NCBI RefSeq assembly: GCF_006345805.1
Contig: NC_043007.1
Span: forward strand, 52,390,001 to 52,454,000
Reading direction: 5' to 3'
Source of the DNA: Octopus sinensis
Taxonomy: Eukaryota
DNA length: 64,000 bases
In this document: positions 49,248-62,939 of the stretch, piece after piece
How positions within the stretch are numbered: the first letter of the stretch is position 1
How the letters are laid out: each line of letters begins with the position of its first letter
Translations under genes and position numbers: made by a program
Notes under the pieces: model-generated
Told to the model about the DNA's origin: nothing
The model's database searches: none
The model's input: only the letters and a program-made list of their open reading frames with translations

Positions 49248-50940
49248 CATATATACGACGGGCTTCTTTCAGTTTCTGTCTACCAAATCCACTCACAAGG
49301 TTTGGTTGGCCCAAGGCTATAGTAGAAGACACCTGCCCAAGGTGCCATGCAGTGAGACTGAATCTGGAACCCTGTGGTTCGTAAGCAAGCTACTTACCAC
49401 GCAGCCACTCCTACGTAATGTTCATAAAATTCAATTAGCACTTTCATATGTTCGTAGAAATCATCAAATTTCAAAATATATTGACCGACAGTTGAGTTGA
49501 ATGCTTGACAAATGACTGACTTCTTCCTTTTATACATTTTAGAAGGCTCCAAGAAGCTGAATTTTTTGAATGGTAATTAAAAACAACACCACAATCACAA
49601 CTGATATTTATTACAAAAGCAGAGATACACACCTAAATTTCATATGATGCCACCCAACACACACAAAACACAACATTCCATACTGTCTAGCCAGAAAAAC
49701 TTGCACTATAGTAGATGATCCAAATACCAGGATCATAGAACTTAAAGAACTTAAAGGATTTCTGCTCAGGCGAAAATACCCTCTCCTACTTATAGAAAAT
49801 AGCATACAATGAGCAAAAGAGATACCTATATAACAACTTATGGGAACATGAGAAAAACAAACCCATCAACGGAACACAATACCATTTCTAGTAACACGCA
49901 TTATGCATCACCAAAATATTTTTGACATCAAAACAAATTTGCCAATCATGAAACAAAGTGAAAAATTAAAAAACAATAACTAATTAAACACTTATCTTAA
50001 GCAAAAAGCAAGCACATAACCTAAAGTAACTATTAATAAAGGCAAACTTCAACATGAACAAACAAAATAAAACATTCACAGTATCCAAGTGTAATGATAA
50101 CAGATGTGGAACATGTCAATACATGCATACTGGTAGATCCATTAAAACAAACAAAAAAGAAAATGAACAGATTTTCACAAATGCAGATATGAACTGCAAA
50201 AACAGAAATTTGATCTACTGAACTACATGCCCTAATTGCGAGGAACGTTACATTGGTGAGACAGGGAATGCATTATGAGAGTGCTCATAAGTTCACAGAC
50301 AACAAATCCTGAACACTAATGTTTGCCAAATTCCATTGAGAAAACATACAGAAACATGTGGTTAGAAAATTTTTCCTTTCCACAAACTACATGACACAAG
50401 TGAGGTTGGAAGAAAGATAAATGCAAAACGCTTCAGTAAAATGTTCAAACCTGTTCTGAACGGAAATTACAACAATGATATAACAACCAGTTAATGTTGT
50501 GGATTAAAAAATATCTTTAACACATGAATATAAACAAACTACAGAAGACTTCCACAAATTGAAATTAAAAAAATCAAAACTATTACATGTAAACTGCAAG
50601 CTAATTGGTTAAGATAAAGATGGTATCTATGTCAGTAATATCAGTGCACCCAGCAAACCATGACATTTAAGCTGCATGCAAAAGCTTGTCAGAGCCTTCT
50701 AAAAGATATAAAAGGAAGATGTCAGTCATTTTACTACAATTGTCAAGCACTCAACTCAACTGTCAGTCAATACATTTTGAAATCTGATGATTACTACAAA
50801 CATATGAAAGCGCTAATTGAACTTTATGAACATTACTAAATATTTTTTTAATGTGTAACACACTTCAACATTGTGAAAAACTTTTTTTAAATATAATAAA
50901 AAGTGTGAAAACCAGACCATGTTGTAACTTTATTCAACCG
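48870..50940 (+). mobile_element. PLE fragment (GIY-YIG) with inverted pseudo-LTRs; SINE inserted in the left arm
   Basis: CPNCEERYIGETG near 50230-50270; left arm 48870-48985 plus 49415-49550 is the reverse complement of 50690-50935. Confidence 0.8.
48985..49415. mobile_element. SINE copy with internal (TA)n
   Basis: Same family motifs as 7593-7920 and 15125-15345. Confidence 0.75.
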
Positions 50941-50973
50941 ATATATTATTCTATACACATTTGCACAAATTCA

Positions 50974-51025
<52 letters not shown>

Positions 51026-51157
51026 TATATATAATATAAATTATATATATATATATAAATTGAATAGAGTCAACAGACAGCTATTTAATAAACACCACAC
51101 ATGTTTCGATACAACATAGATCCACATATACACAGGATTTAAATTAAGCAAGTTTAC

Positions 51158-51262
51158 CTGTATAATGGGATCCAGTTGTATTTCCTCAGGTGATATATAA
51201 TCGCTGTCCCCGTAGTTAATCTTTGACTTTGATGCTAACATGTCCAACTGTCTCTTTTGAAT
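51158..51262 (-). CDS. Candidate host-gene exon, 105 nt, phase 0-0 (IQKRQLDMLASKSKINYGDSDYISPEEIQLDPIIQ)
   Basis: TAG acceptor, CAG|GTAAAC donor, open frame in non-repetitive sequence; polypyrimidine tract weak; product not recognised. Confidence 0.35.
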
Positions 51263-51474
51263 CTAGTAGATGCTGGCAGTTCCATTCTACTCACTGTCAA
51301 TATGCCTCTACACACTTGACATGAGCAGCATTGTACACATTGGCTGTCCACTTTGTTTCAAATGTTAGGTTGCACATGCTAAATTTTATTATTTTGCAAA
51401 TACACTCACACATATGCTCATACATATACAATCACTGACACACATATACACACAACTGCATCTCTGGACGTCTC

Positions 51475-51522
<48 letters not shown>

Positions 51523-51779
51523 TATATGTATATATACACATGTACCCACACACATCGATCAACAAACACATTCACACCCATATGCACATGCATATATCTA
51601 CTCACATTCATGCACATAGGTATATCAGTGGGCACTTGATCATATATAGACACACTCCATCATATATATATATATATAGATGTGAAATGGAAAGGATGGG
51701 TGTGGTGAAATAGAATAATGATTATTATAATTTTTATATACTGTTCCATCTTGAAAATGTACATTTGGCACGGTGGTTA

Positions 51780-52850
51780 TACCTTGGAATTTTCTCATGC
51801 TTGTTCACCAGGCACTCATTACTCAGCAGTAAATTCAATGTTTCCTGAAGGCAAAGGTCACATTTGATGGATAGCAAATTACATAGGTGTGAATTTTTTT
51901 TATTGTTGACCATTTTATTCCGTATTTAATTTTTGATTCTTTCAGTTCCCATATGAGATCTGCCAGTTAAGTTGCATGTTGTCTGTTTATTTTTCAGAAT
52001 GATGAGATGTGGTTGATGTGGTTGGGATAACGGACTGTGAATTGGTTTTCTGTGGCACCTATGTACACGTATTTATGCTGGGATGTAGAGATTGTGCATT
52101 TGTATACTATGTTTTGTTTTTTTTAACACATTGGTTCATGAGCAGACAAGCGAATTTTCTACGGCATGTGCAGTTATTTGTACTATTATTATTTTTATGT
52201 TTATTTGGTGGCCTTTTGATTCTGTTTTTATGATCTATTTGATTGTAAGTGTCTGGAGCATTGTGGAATTGGCAACCTTTTTTGTTGGATCTTTTTTGAT
52301 GATTCATTTCAATTTTATTGAGACCATCTTTTATGTTATCTGAGTTTTTGCAGTCTATCTGTTGTTTATTTTTGTTATTGTATTTATGTATGTAGTACAC
52401 CATGTTGTAAAATGTTGCATACAATATTTTGACTGTGTGCTTGTTGAATAAATGGTAGTATTTGTGTGTTTTAGGGAAGCATCTATTTAATGCTGCAATG
52501 AATTGCTTACCTATATTGGACGATATTTGGAGTCCAAAAATTGGATTATACCATAGGACCTCCAAATTTTTGTACCTTTTGTTTGATACCTTCAACTTAT
52601 TTTGTGTGTTGTTGAGATTATGTGTCTGTATTCCAATTATTTCTATTCTTTAGGGTTATATCAGTTTTCCTCCCATCTTTCTTTTTTTTATCAGGTTTTC
52701 CCTTTTTATTGTTATTTGGTTGATGATGTCATTCGTGTAATGTGTGTATTCTACCTTATTTGTATTTGTGTTATTGTTATTTGGGGTTTCGTTATTTTCA
52801 AACTTGATTTTTCCTTTATATCTGACCCTAGCAAGCACTTCATTGTAATA
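51780..52850 (-). mobile_element. 5'-truncated PLE (thumb, linker, GIY-YIG)
   Basis: VLWYNPIF, VKILYAT, NCTCRRKFACLLMNQC, VYIGATENQF, WELKE...KW. Confidence 0.85.
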
Positions 52851-53292
52851 TACATTCACACACTCACAGTCATTCACATATACATATAGTTTTATGAGCA
52901 AAGCTCTGAAGTTTCACTTGTGAAAGACATTTTCTGGCTCACCACTGATTTTAGGAAATCTTTGATTAAATCCACCAGCATATAATATTACATATACTTT
53001 TATCACCCACATTATCATTTTCACTTAACATCTGTCTTTTATATACATATATATTTGTTTGTGTGTATGTTTGCATGTGTGTGTACAATGTGATTTTCTC
53101 CATCAATGTGACTTTTTAAAAACTTTTTAAAACTTCAAACAACATCCCTTTTCTCAGAGCCTTTTTCGAAACTATTGTTCTTACTTTTTCTTCCATATTT
53201 AATTGCTTTTCCTTTGAATATTCTACTCAGCTTCTTCACTTCTGTACTATTTATTCATCTTTTTATTACCTTTTTCTCACCAATTGCATGTA

Positions 53293-53500
53293 GAGGCACA
53301 TGGCTTAGTGGTTAAGGTGTTGGACTCATGATTGTAAGATTGTGGTTTCAATTCCTCGACCAGGCAATATGTTGAGTTCTTGATCAACATACTTCATTTT
53401 ACATTGCCCCTGTCCACTCAGTTGGCAAAAATGAGTAATCTTGGATGAACCTGCATCCAATCCAGTGGGGAGATATATGTGCCATAGAAACTATATATAT
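53293..53500 (+). mobile_element. tRNA-head SINE
   Basis: A-box-like TGGCTTAGTGG and B-box-like GTTTCAATTCC followed by non-tRNA body. Confidence 0.7.
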
Positions 53501-54204
53501 CTCCCCACTGGCCTTATGAGTCTATATGACTTGGGAACAAGCTTTATTCTTTATCCATCAACTACATTGTTTTCTTCCTTACTTCTCCTACCTGCCCTTC
53601 TCCTCCACCTCTTCTTCTAACCCTTCCTTTTCACACCTTTTCACCTTCCTCCCACAGTCCCTATGCCACACTTCTACACCCCACATCTTAAAGAAAACAG
53701 CCACACCCCAAACTGCTCATACACCCCACTATACCCATATCCGTATACATGAACACACCACACTGTCTCCACCCCTCTTCCTAAGTTCTCCCCATAGAAC
53801 TGCAGTCTCATCTTCCTCCAACTCCACTTTTTTCTTTCCACTACCTTGTCTTTCTTTTCTTTTTATCCAATGTGAAGGACTAGTATCTGAAACATTAAAG
53901 ACCCTTTCCCTTTCCTTTCAGGCATTATATAAATAACACCATTGTTAAAACTTATCCCTCTTGTGTCTCTTTCTCACATTTGGCAGTTCATCATGTTTTT
54001 GTTGTATATGTATGTTTTATTTTGTTGTGTTTGTTTTCATCATTGTCTTGTACATATGTTCCTATTCCCAGTGGCATTTTGTCTCAGGTGCCACTAAAAG
54101 TGGATAATATCAACATTAAAAACATGAAATTGTAATGATCTTTTGGACCTTGAGTGATGAGGAATAAGCTACGAATTTTCTGTTTATTGTGTTTTGTTCA
54201 ATTT

Positions 54205-54600
54205 ATATATATATGTTTATGAGGCAGAAATAACAACAACAGGAGCCAATGGACATGCGGAAGTATGTGAGGGCAATAGATGGCTCCTTGAGAACCCACT
54301 TTAATGACCACAAGTCCTCATTCAACATCCCAGAGAGATATAATGCAACAACCCTAGCCAAGCATATCTGGACTTTGAAAGAAAGTGCCACAGAATACAG
54401 CATAAAGTGGAAGATCCTAGAAAGATGCAAACCGTACTTCGATAGCAGTAGGAAGTGTAGATTATGCCTGGCTGAGAAGAGAGCAATTTTAAAAGGTACC
54501 CAATGCCTGGATGTTTACCCGAATAGCAGGAGTGAGGTGTTTAATCCTTGCTTGCATGAAAGGAAGTACATTCTATCATACCTGCATGCCCCACCATGAC
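54205..54600 (+). pseudogene. PLE GIY-YIG C-terminal fragment
   Basis: FNDHKSSF...TTLAKHIWTLKE...IKWKILE...CRLCLAEK. Confidence 0.85.
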
Positions 54601-55261
54601 TGCAGCCACAGGTCCCTTGCCTCGACCTTCCACAAACGATCTTCCACCAATGCCCTTGGGCCCAGCAATAAGAGTTTGGCCAAAGTACACACCAAGGCAC
54701 CCATGTACACACACACCATAAGACAGACACACCACAAAATAAACTGTCTCTTCCTCACCAACACATACCCTTCACACAAATACACAGATCTGACACACAT
54801 GCACATTACACACCACATGCTAATATAACCCACCCAAACATAACTTTATCCTTTACAGACAGAAAACAGACTAACAAACACAGCTATATATACCTACACC
54901 CCCAGAAAAAATTATACATATGACACCACAGGAGCACTACATTATACACACTTTCCCCACTTCAAGATAACTCTCACCAGCTTTGCAGCATAACTTCTAA
55001 ACTAATCTCCTGGCCCTTTTTCCATTCCACCACTGTTTTCACAGCAACCACTGACTGATTGTGCTAATCCACCTCTAAAAATAGAGAGCAGTCACCATAT
55101 TCTCTTCCATATCAGCTAACTCTTATGAGCGTAAAGTTATTTAATGAGTTTGTTACTTAACATTCCATTGTATTCTTTATGGGAAACTGATAAGTAAGAC
55201 CAACATATATATATATATATATATATTTGAAGGTTTGGAGATGATGTACAGGTATTTTATA

Positions 55262-55850
55262 TTAGAAGAAATGAGGTACTCAGAAATTTGGATGGTTTTA
55301 TATTTACAGATATTTATTTGTATATTACATGTTTTTATACATCATATATCATATATCATATATCATATATTAGTTGTATAAATATCAACACAATTATTTC
55401 TTCTTCCTCTTTTTCTTCTTTCTTCCCTTCTCCAACGACACTCCTTCCAAATTCACAGGCACCCCCCAACACACACACTCACAAAACAATAATAAAAAGA
55501 AATCCAGAAAATCTTTTGAGAAGTGACAATTTACACCCCTTTGAAGTGGCCAATTTCTAAAAACCAAAAACCCTTTACAGTCGCAAAAATATAAACATTT
55601 TTTTTTTACACTCCTTTCAGATATGCAGACACCCATGCACATATACACACACTCTCTCTCACAAGACAATGATAAAAAGGAAACCCAGACAATTTTCTGG
55701 AAAGTGACATTCTGGCCCCCAGCTGGCTTGACCATTGCTAAAAGCCAATGACTTATTTTTAACAACTTGACCATTCTTCCTTAATGCACCTTTCAGATAC
55801 AAAAACACAAACACACACTCATATACACTCGCACGCGCACGCACATAAAT

Positions 55851-55881
<31 letters not shown>

Positions 55882-56452
55882 AGACAATGATAAAAAGGAA
55901 ATACAAACAATTTATTGAAAAGTGACACTTTGCCTCCCATCCTGGAGAAAACAGCTGGATTTACAATCACTGTAAGACAAGAAGAATTATTATTATTGAC
56001 AAACCTACCAGGTGCAAGGAAATCAACAAAATTTCTCCCCTTCTACCCCCTTTCCTTCTTTTTCCTTAATACCCCTTTCAGATACACATACACACACCCT
56101 CTCTCTCTCTCTCTCTCATGCCCCCCTTGGGGTAAACAGCTACAAAAAGACCAACAAAACAATTTTTTCTTCTTTCTTCACACACACAAACACATGCTAT
56201 CTCTCACTTTCTCCCCATTCTTCACCCTCTTGTACTTTCTTATATCCCTCCTCACCACTACACACTCAATAACACTATAAAAATGGTCAAATTTTCCCCA
56301 AGAACTTAATTCAATTTGAAAACTTTACCAGAATGGACGAAAGCACTAATATATGATATATGATATATGATGTATAAAAACATGTAATATACAAATAAAT
56401 ATCTGTAAATATTAAACCATCTGAATTTCTGAGTACCTCATTTCATCTAATA
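55262..56452 (+). mobile_element. Non-coding element with ~115-bp inverted terminal segments and internal duplications
   Basis: 55262-55372 is the reverse complement of 56345-56452; family shared with 42295-43010; (TA)n flanks. Confidence 0.7.
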
Positions 56453-56699
56453 TATATATATATATATAAAAGAAACAAAAATATATCAATTCCAAAATTT
56501 TACCCGTGACACTAGTGATCTACTTACCAAACTATGTCTCATTACCACTTTCTGCCTTATCCTGAAGTGTACCTGTCTACATCTAAACTATTCTTGACTT
56601 TCTGGCATACTGACTTCCTGCTAATTCCTTGTTCTATATTTGCATTTCTCTTCAATATCTATGTAATAGTTGACTTGTTCATTCACCCATAATACTTTA

Positions 56700-57540
56700 G
56701 ATAGTTAGAGAGGTGGAGTGAGTGAGAAGTGGGGTAAAAGTGAGAGAGAGAAGGGAGGAGTGTGAATAGAAAAGAATGAAGTGAGGAAGAAGTAGGCAAA
56801 GATGTATAATAAGGCCAACTGTGTTAGTTGAAAGGAGAGGCAAAGGGTGAAAGAAAAAGACAGTGAGAGAAAAGGGAGAGAGAGAGAGAGAAGTGCTAAG
56901 GACATGCTTTAAGATGAGGAGGGAAAGGTAAACAGAAAGTGATATGAAACGATGATGATGATGATGATGACAGCATTTAGCAGAGAGTGATGTTTGGGTA
57001 GTGAGGTTAAAGAAAGATAGATAGAGAGTGATGAGATGGACAAGGGAGGCAGTTGCATTAAGAGGGAGAGTGAGACAGAGAGGAGGTGGGTGCAAATAGT
57101 GCTTGTATTGTCAGAGTAGAGATGCAGTGACAGCAAGAAAAAATAGATATAAACAAACAGCTGAACTAAAATGAAATGAGCTTTTTAACTGAAAACTATA
57201 GTGGTAATGATGATGATGATGGTGGTGGTGGTAGTAATGATACTGGTGGTAATGTGTTGCATTTTTTATTGTGCTAAATCTATGATATCATTCTTCTACT
57301 AGCTCATTCACATTTTACACTTTAGTTTGTTAGAGAGGAGAAGGAGGTGGAGTGAGAAAGAGGAAGAGTGGATGTGAGCATGTGTGAGAGAATAGTTGAT
57401 GCATTATGCTGTCATTCATGTGGTTAGTGGATGTGAGAAGTGAATAGAAAGAGAGAATGATAAAGACATAAAGAGGAGAATTACATGGTTAAAAAGTTTG
57501 TCGAAGAGGTAGAGAGAAACAAAATATGAACTGCTTAGCA
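56700..57540. repeat. GA-rich and (GAT)n/(GGT)n low-complexity tract
   Basis: Direct inspection. Confidence 0.8.
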
Positions 57541-59929
57541 GAGGGAAATTTTAAAATCATTTTGATAATACTAAAACTCTAGAAATGTTTGTGTATACCC
57601 AAAATATCGCAGAAATAGTATATTTTATCTTAATTTTTTTGGCCTATTTATTTTCATACTTACCTTTGGCAGTACAGTACACATTTTTGTGATATTTGAG
57701 ACTCTATTAACGAAAACGATTAAGCACAATTTTTGCTTGTTATTTCGTGATGAAAAAATACATTGCTTCCGTGACATTAACACACTTACACACATACAGA
57801 ATATACACACATATAATGAATGTCATGGTGTGTCAATCAACACAAACACATGTCCACTCACTGCGACATATACACACACATAGTCTTTGTTCTCTCTAAG
57901 AAAAAAATGTCAACTTTTTGACATACACACTATTTTAATCATTTAGAAATACTTTTAACTGAATGTGATTTCAAAAATGTAAGTTGTTTGTACAGCAAGT
58001 AATTTATATTTTAGCTTTCTTTAAACAGACAATATTTTGAGGTTTTTAAAATTATTTTCAAGTGAATGGCAATCTTTTGCTTATCATCCAGAGTTCGTTA
58101 ATTTCCTTAAACATTTTTTATTTATTTACTTTTGTTTCAAAGCAAAAGAGAGGCGAAAGTGAAAGATGTATGTACGTGTATATGAAATGGACATGTGTGT
58201 GTGAAAGAGAGAGAGAGAAAAAAGAGAAAGAGAGAGAGAGTGAGTGAGTGAAGGGGTATGTTGTCATGTACATACATCAATACATATACATACATCTTTT
58301 TGTATGTATGTGTGTATGTGAGAGAGTGAGTGAACATGTGTGTTCTCATGTATATGTAAGTGGCACTCTCTCTCTCTCTCTTCACACACACGCACGTCCA
58401 TTTCATATACACATTCATACATCTTTCCCTTTCTCTTCTCTTTCACTTTAAAACAAAAGTAAATAGATAAAATTTTTTTACAGAAATTAATGAACAAAAC
58501 CAGATAATCTGGATAACAGTTCTGAGAGTCAAAGCTCACCACAAGGGAATACCATTACAAAAAAAATTTCAAGTGCATTCTCAGCTCCAAAGATTTGGCT
58601 GCTATTTCTAGCACGCCCTGCTACCATGTAACAGCTATTTGCATTAAAGGACCCGAAATACCTGTTACTTGATCGCTGGGTGTGCAAGAAATAGCAGCCA
58701 AATCTTTCCTTTTCTGGGGAAAGGAGCCATTTACACAAGATTTAGATGTCACATTTGTTGAAGCATGTGAAATAACATGGAAAAGCAAAAAGAACCCACA
58801 AAACCAAACCCCATTGCTAAGAAACTCAGACTTACCAGGTGACCCAATGGATCACGGATAGTCTAGTATAATATATTATTGTGGTTGAAAGTGAAATAAC
58901 TTAGCAAAATTAAAATTAGAATGCAAATCATCCTTTCTTTCTTAAATAGTTTCTCTTAATCATCCTTTCTTTTTTAAATACCTTCTCTAAATCTTGTTTT
59001 TGTTCTGTGAAATTTCCAAGAGTCCCACTAGAGTTATATAAGTATAAGTATGTTATAATCAGACTTAATCCTAGTTGTGTGCCTACTTATATTTTTGTTC
59101 CATTGTACACATACCAGCTCAATCAATACATTGCCTATGACCAATCTTTATTTAGGCAGGTTTCACATTGCTACATTTAAAGCTGAGGTTAAAGTGCAAA
59201 TTTGACCTGAGCACTCATTGAATGTACGCACTCATTGTATATACATTTATACATATATATTATATCATTTGACATCCTATAACCCACAACATACGCGTGT
59301 GTGTGTGTGTTTGTGTGTGTGTGAACAAATGAAATTTATCAGGAAATTAGTTTTTTTAAAGCAAAAAGATTTACAGCTCCCAAATGAAACTACAACAGCT
59401 AGAAATGATGATCAAAAAATGTTGTGTAATCAGTAAATTCTTGAACATTCCATTTCCATGGTAATACTTGTTATTGATCTGTTTCATTGAGTATTACCAC
59501 ATTTCATCAAACATCTATTTATAAGTCTATTTTCAATTTGTTCAATAATTTATGTGCCAGTCCTATTTTTTTTCAAGAGTGGAGGTAAAATATGGTTGTT
59601 GTTTATTACTTCTCTGATATTATAATTAGAGCAGACAAAAATGATTAATATGATGTAAAAATTGTGTGTGTGTGTGTGTGTGTGTATGTATACATATATA
59701 TATTATATGATATAATACGATAAGAAAATAGAGAGATAATTAATAGATTATTGTTTATTAAAAAATTGACAAACATCCCTTACAGCTCTTTCAATTCAAG
59801 ACCTTCAGAAAATTAATTAATAAAATTAAAAATTATTTGAAAGTCGAATCTTGTCAGAGATAGTTTAAGATATACAAAATAGGTGTTCCATTTCTGCATG
59901 TTGAGTAAATGGTTGCAAACTGTTATATG

Positions 59930-59962
<33 letters not shown>

Positions 59963-59999
59963 ATATATATATATGGTGGTTGTCTATTCCTTATGCAGA

Positions 60000-62390
60000 G
60001 TCTCACCACCTTAGATTCATTTTGGCATCTGATGTGGCTTTTTAAACCGCACAATGTATTGATGACACCCACATAGATTACATATCCAATTTGGACCACC
60101 AAGAGCTGCAGTTAAGTTCTGTTCTTTGTGGATCTTAAAATATCTTTTGAGACCTCTGCTAGAATTGCAGGCTATATGGCATACACTGCATTGAAAAGTG
60201 TGCACAGATATTTAGGTAGAATAGTTGGTGGAGGTTCGTTTTACATGAGTCCTCAAATGAGATTTAAGCCTAGCAAAAGGAAGGCATGATCTGTCACAAA
60301 CTGTGCACAAAGAAAGGTCACTGAGATTCACCTTCTCAATCGCAACATTCCTCTTTAAATCTCTCTTGAGTATTGCCTGTGTTATCCTGGCCTCCTCAAA
60401 TGCTTTAACTCCACTCCATATTTTTGTTCACCATCCAGCTCGATCTGAAGCAAGGGTTTCTATGGCCTTTGGATCCATTCAAAGTCACTTCATGATAGTC
60501 CTTATGCCATCTTTAAACCTCTTTTTAAGTTTATACCAATTGCATTTTTCCTCTGCAAGCTCACCATAAAACAGCTGTTTGGGTGTGTGTTCATCCGCCA
60601 TTTGAACAATATGGCTATACCATCTCATTTGAATTTTCAGAATCATTGATTTAATTGAAGTGATGCCTGCAGATGCAAAGACACCTGTGTCTGGAGTAAA
60701 AAAGCCACATTTGATGTTTAAAATGTGGCAAAGGCATTTTTGGTGGAATCATTCTAACAATTTGAAATGTCTTTCGTAACATGTCCATGTTTCAGAAAAA
60801 TACAAGGATGGTAAGACAAATGATTTGTAAAGAGCCAACTTTGTGTTGTTATTTATATGTTATTGGTGCCAAACGCGTGACTCCAAACCACCAAATGCTT
60901 GTGCTGCCTTTTGAATTTGCAGATTTCCATCTCTTTGTACATAGCTTTCAAGATAAATGAAAGAGTCAACAGCTTCAAGTAAATTACCCTTAACGAAAAT
61001 TTTAGTGGGGTTGCAAACAGTACTGTGTGCAGGTTGAAACATTACAACTGTTTTCTCAAGTTGATGATCAATCCAAAAATCAACACAAGCTGTGTCAAAT
61101 GCAGATACAAGAGATTGCAGGCCTGTTTCAGAGTGGCTGACTATTTCACAATTGTCAGCATATAAAAGTTCCCTAATGATTGAAGTAAAAACCTTTATTT
61201 TGAATTTCAGTCTGGTCAGATTAAAAACATTCCCTGTTATTCAATATTTTATGTAGATACTCTCCTCAGAGCTTTGAAAAGCATGTGACAACACAACAGC
61301 AAAGTATATTACAAAGAGGGTGGGTGCATCAAGGTCTCCTTGCTTTTCTCCACTTTTCACAGCAAAAATATTCAGAGAGCCTACCACCAAAATTAACTCT
61401 AACTTTCATATCTTGATGCAAAGCCCTGATCATGTTCACAAATTTTTCTGGGCAACCTATATTCCTTAGAATTAGCCACAGAACATTTCAATTAACAGTA
61501 TCAAATGCCTTGCTTAAATCAACAAAGCAATGGTATAGGGCAAGATTCTGTTCGATGCACTTTTCCTGCAATTGTCTGATACTAAAAGATACAATCAACT
61601 GTGCCCATGAAGAGCGAAAACCACATTGGGACTCAGACACTATATTTGGAACTATGAAGCTATTTAAATGTTCTAACAAAATGCAGGCAAGTACCTTTCC
61701 AACTACAGACAAAAGCGAAATCCCACAAAAATTACCACACAGATCCTTTGACCCTGATTTATACAAGGAGACTAAAATGGCATCAATCCAGTCTTGAGGC
61801 ACTTCCTTAGTTCTTCATCAGTGACAAATTGATATATTTAAGTGTTCAAACATCTTGTCAAGCCCATATTTCAAGACTTCTGCACAGATTCCATCAAACA
61901 CTGGAGACTTATTGTTATTCAGCTAATTCACAGCTAAATAGATGTCATTTAGAGTTGGTTCAAATGTCATCTCTTCTATAGCAGGAAGGTGTTCGATTCT
62001 TCTGTCATCCTCATGTCAACAGATGATGTTCTATTCAAAAGTGCAGAAAAAGGTTCTACTCAGTGCTTATGAAAAGCAAATGTCCATTTGTTGTTCTCAG
62101 TGGAGTTACCAAAGAAGATTTTTGGGCCATGTACCTCCTTAACATAAGAGTACAAAACATTTGCATCATTTCTATCATCTGCTTTTTGTGCCCCTTTTGC
62201 CCTGTCATTCCACCATTTCTGTTTAATTTTCCTTAGAGAAGTCTGCACTTTCCCTTTCAGCTTTCTGTAAGCTTTGTTTGAGTTGGGATTCAAGGACTGA
62301 GAAAGGAGTGTATTGCCTAAGTTTTGTTTTTCGAAAAGTAGATCATGAATTTCTGGTGATTTGCCTGAAAACTAGTCATGGGATTCACAC
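60000..62390 (-). mobile_element. Decayed RTE-clade LINE with three C-terminal C2H2 fingers
   Basis: GISLLSVVGKV, ESQCGFR, FVDLSKAFDTV (61488-61802); KQLFYGEL; fingers at ~60030-60320. Confidence 0.88.
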
Positions 62391-62419
62391 GATTTAAATC
62401 CCACTGAAGAACTTGCAGA

Positions 62420-62935
62420 TGCACAGGATCAGTAAGTAGGGAGATGTACCGGAACAGTAGGTACTAAGAGCACGAATGACTTAAACTCTCTCAAATACCC
62501 AGGAAGCTCTCTTAAGGTAGTAAATAGTTTCAGCTATTTAGGTGACCAAATTAGTAATGGTAGTGGATGCTCTGAAAATATTGTTTCTAGAATAAGAATA
62601 GAGTGGAGGAAATTCAGAGAATTACTACCTCTGTTGGCAGCAAAAGGACTCTCTCAGAGTGATGGGTAGATTGTATGATGCTTGTGTGAGAATAGTGATT
62701 TTACATGGTAGTGAGACATGGGCTTTAACTGCGGAGGACATGTGGAGGCTGGAGAAGAATGAAGGTAGTATATTCCATTGGATTTGCAACATCAATATAC
62801 ATGACTGACAAAACACAACTGTGTTGAGAGAAATGTTAGGTATAAGTGGGATTAAATGTGGTATGCAGGAAAGGAGACTGCATTGGTTTGGACATGTGAT
62901 GCGTATGAGTTAAGACAGCTGTACACAGAAGAGCC
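62420..62935 (+). pseudogene. RTE RT C-terminal fragment (family of 37145-40250)
   Basis: SFSYLGDQIS, WRKFRELLPLL, HGSETW, GMQERRLHWFGHV. Confidence 0.8.
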
Positions 62936-62939
62936 TGTT

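Noticed and set aside
52900-52940. CTGAAG...GTGAAAG hammerhead-like string
   Set aside because: Core boxes and stems I and III do not assemble
53865-53905. TGAAGG...GAAAC remnant in a CT-rich element
   Set aside because: Too degenerate; stem II and the CTGA box are incomplete
58590-58705. 24-bp inverted repeat around a ~65-bp spacer
   Set aside because: Probably a small decayed MITE; not enough evidence to classify or to call a structured RNA
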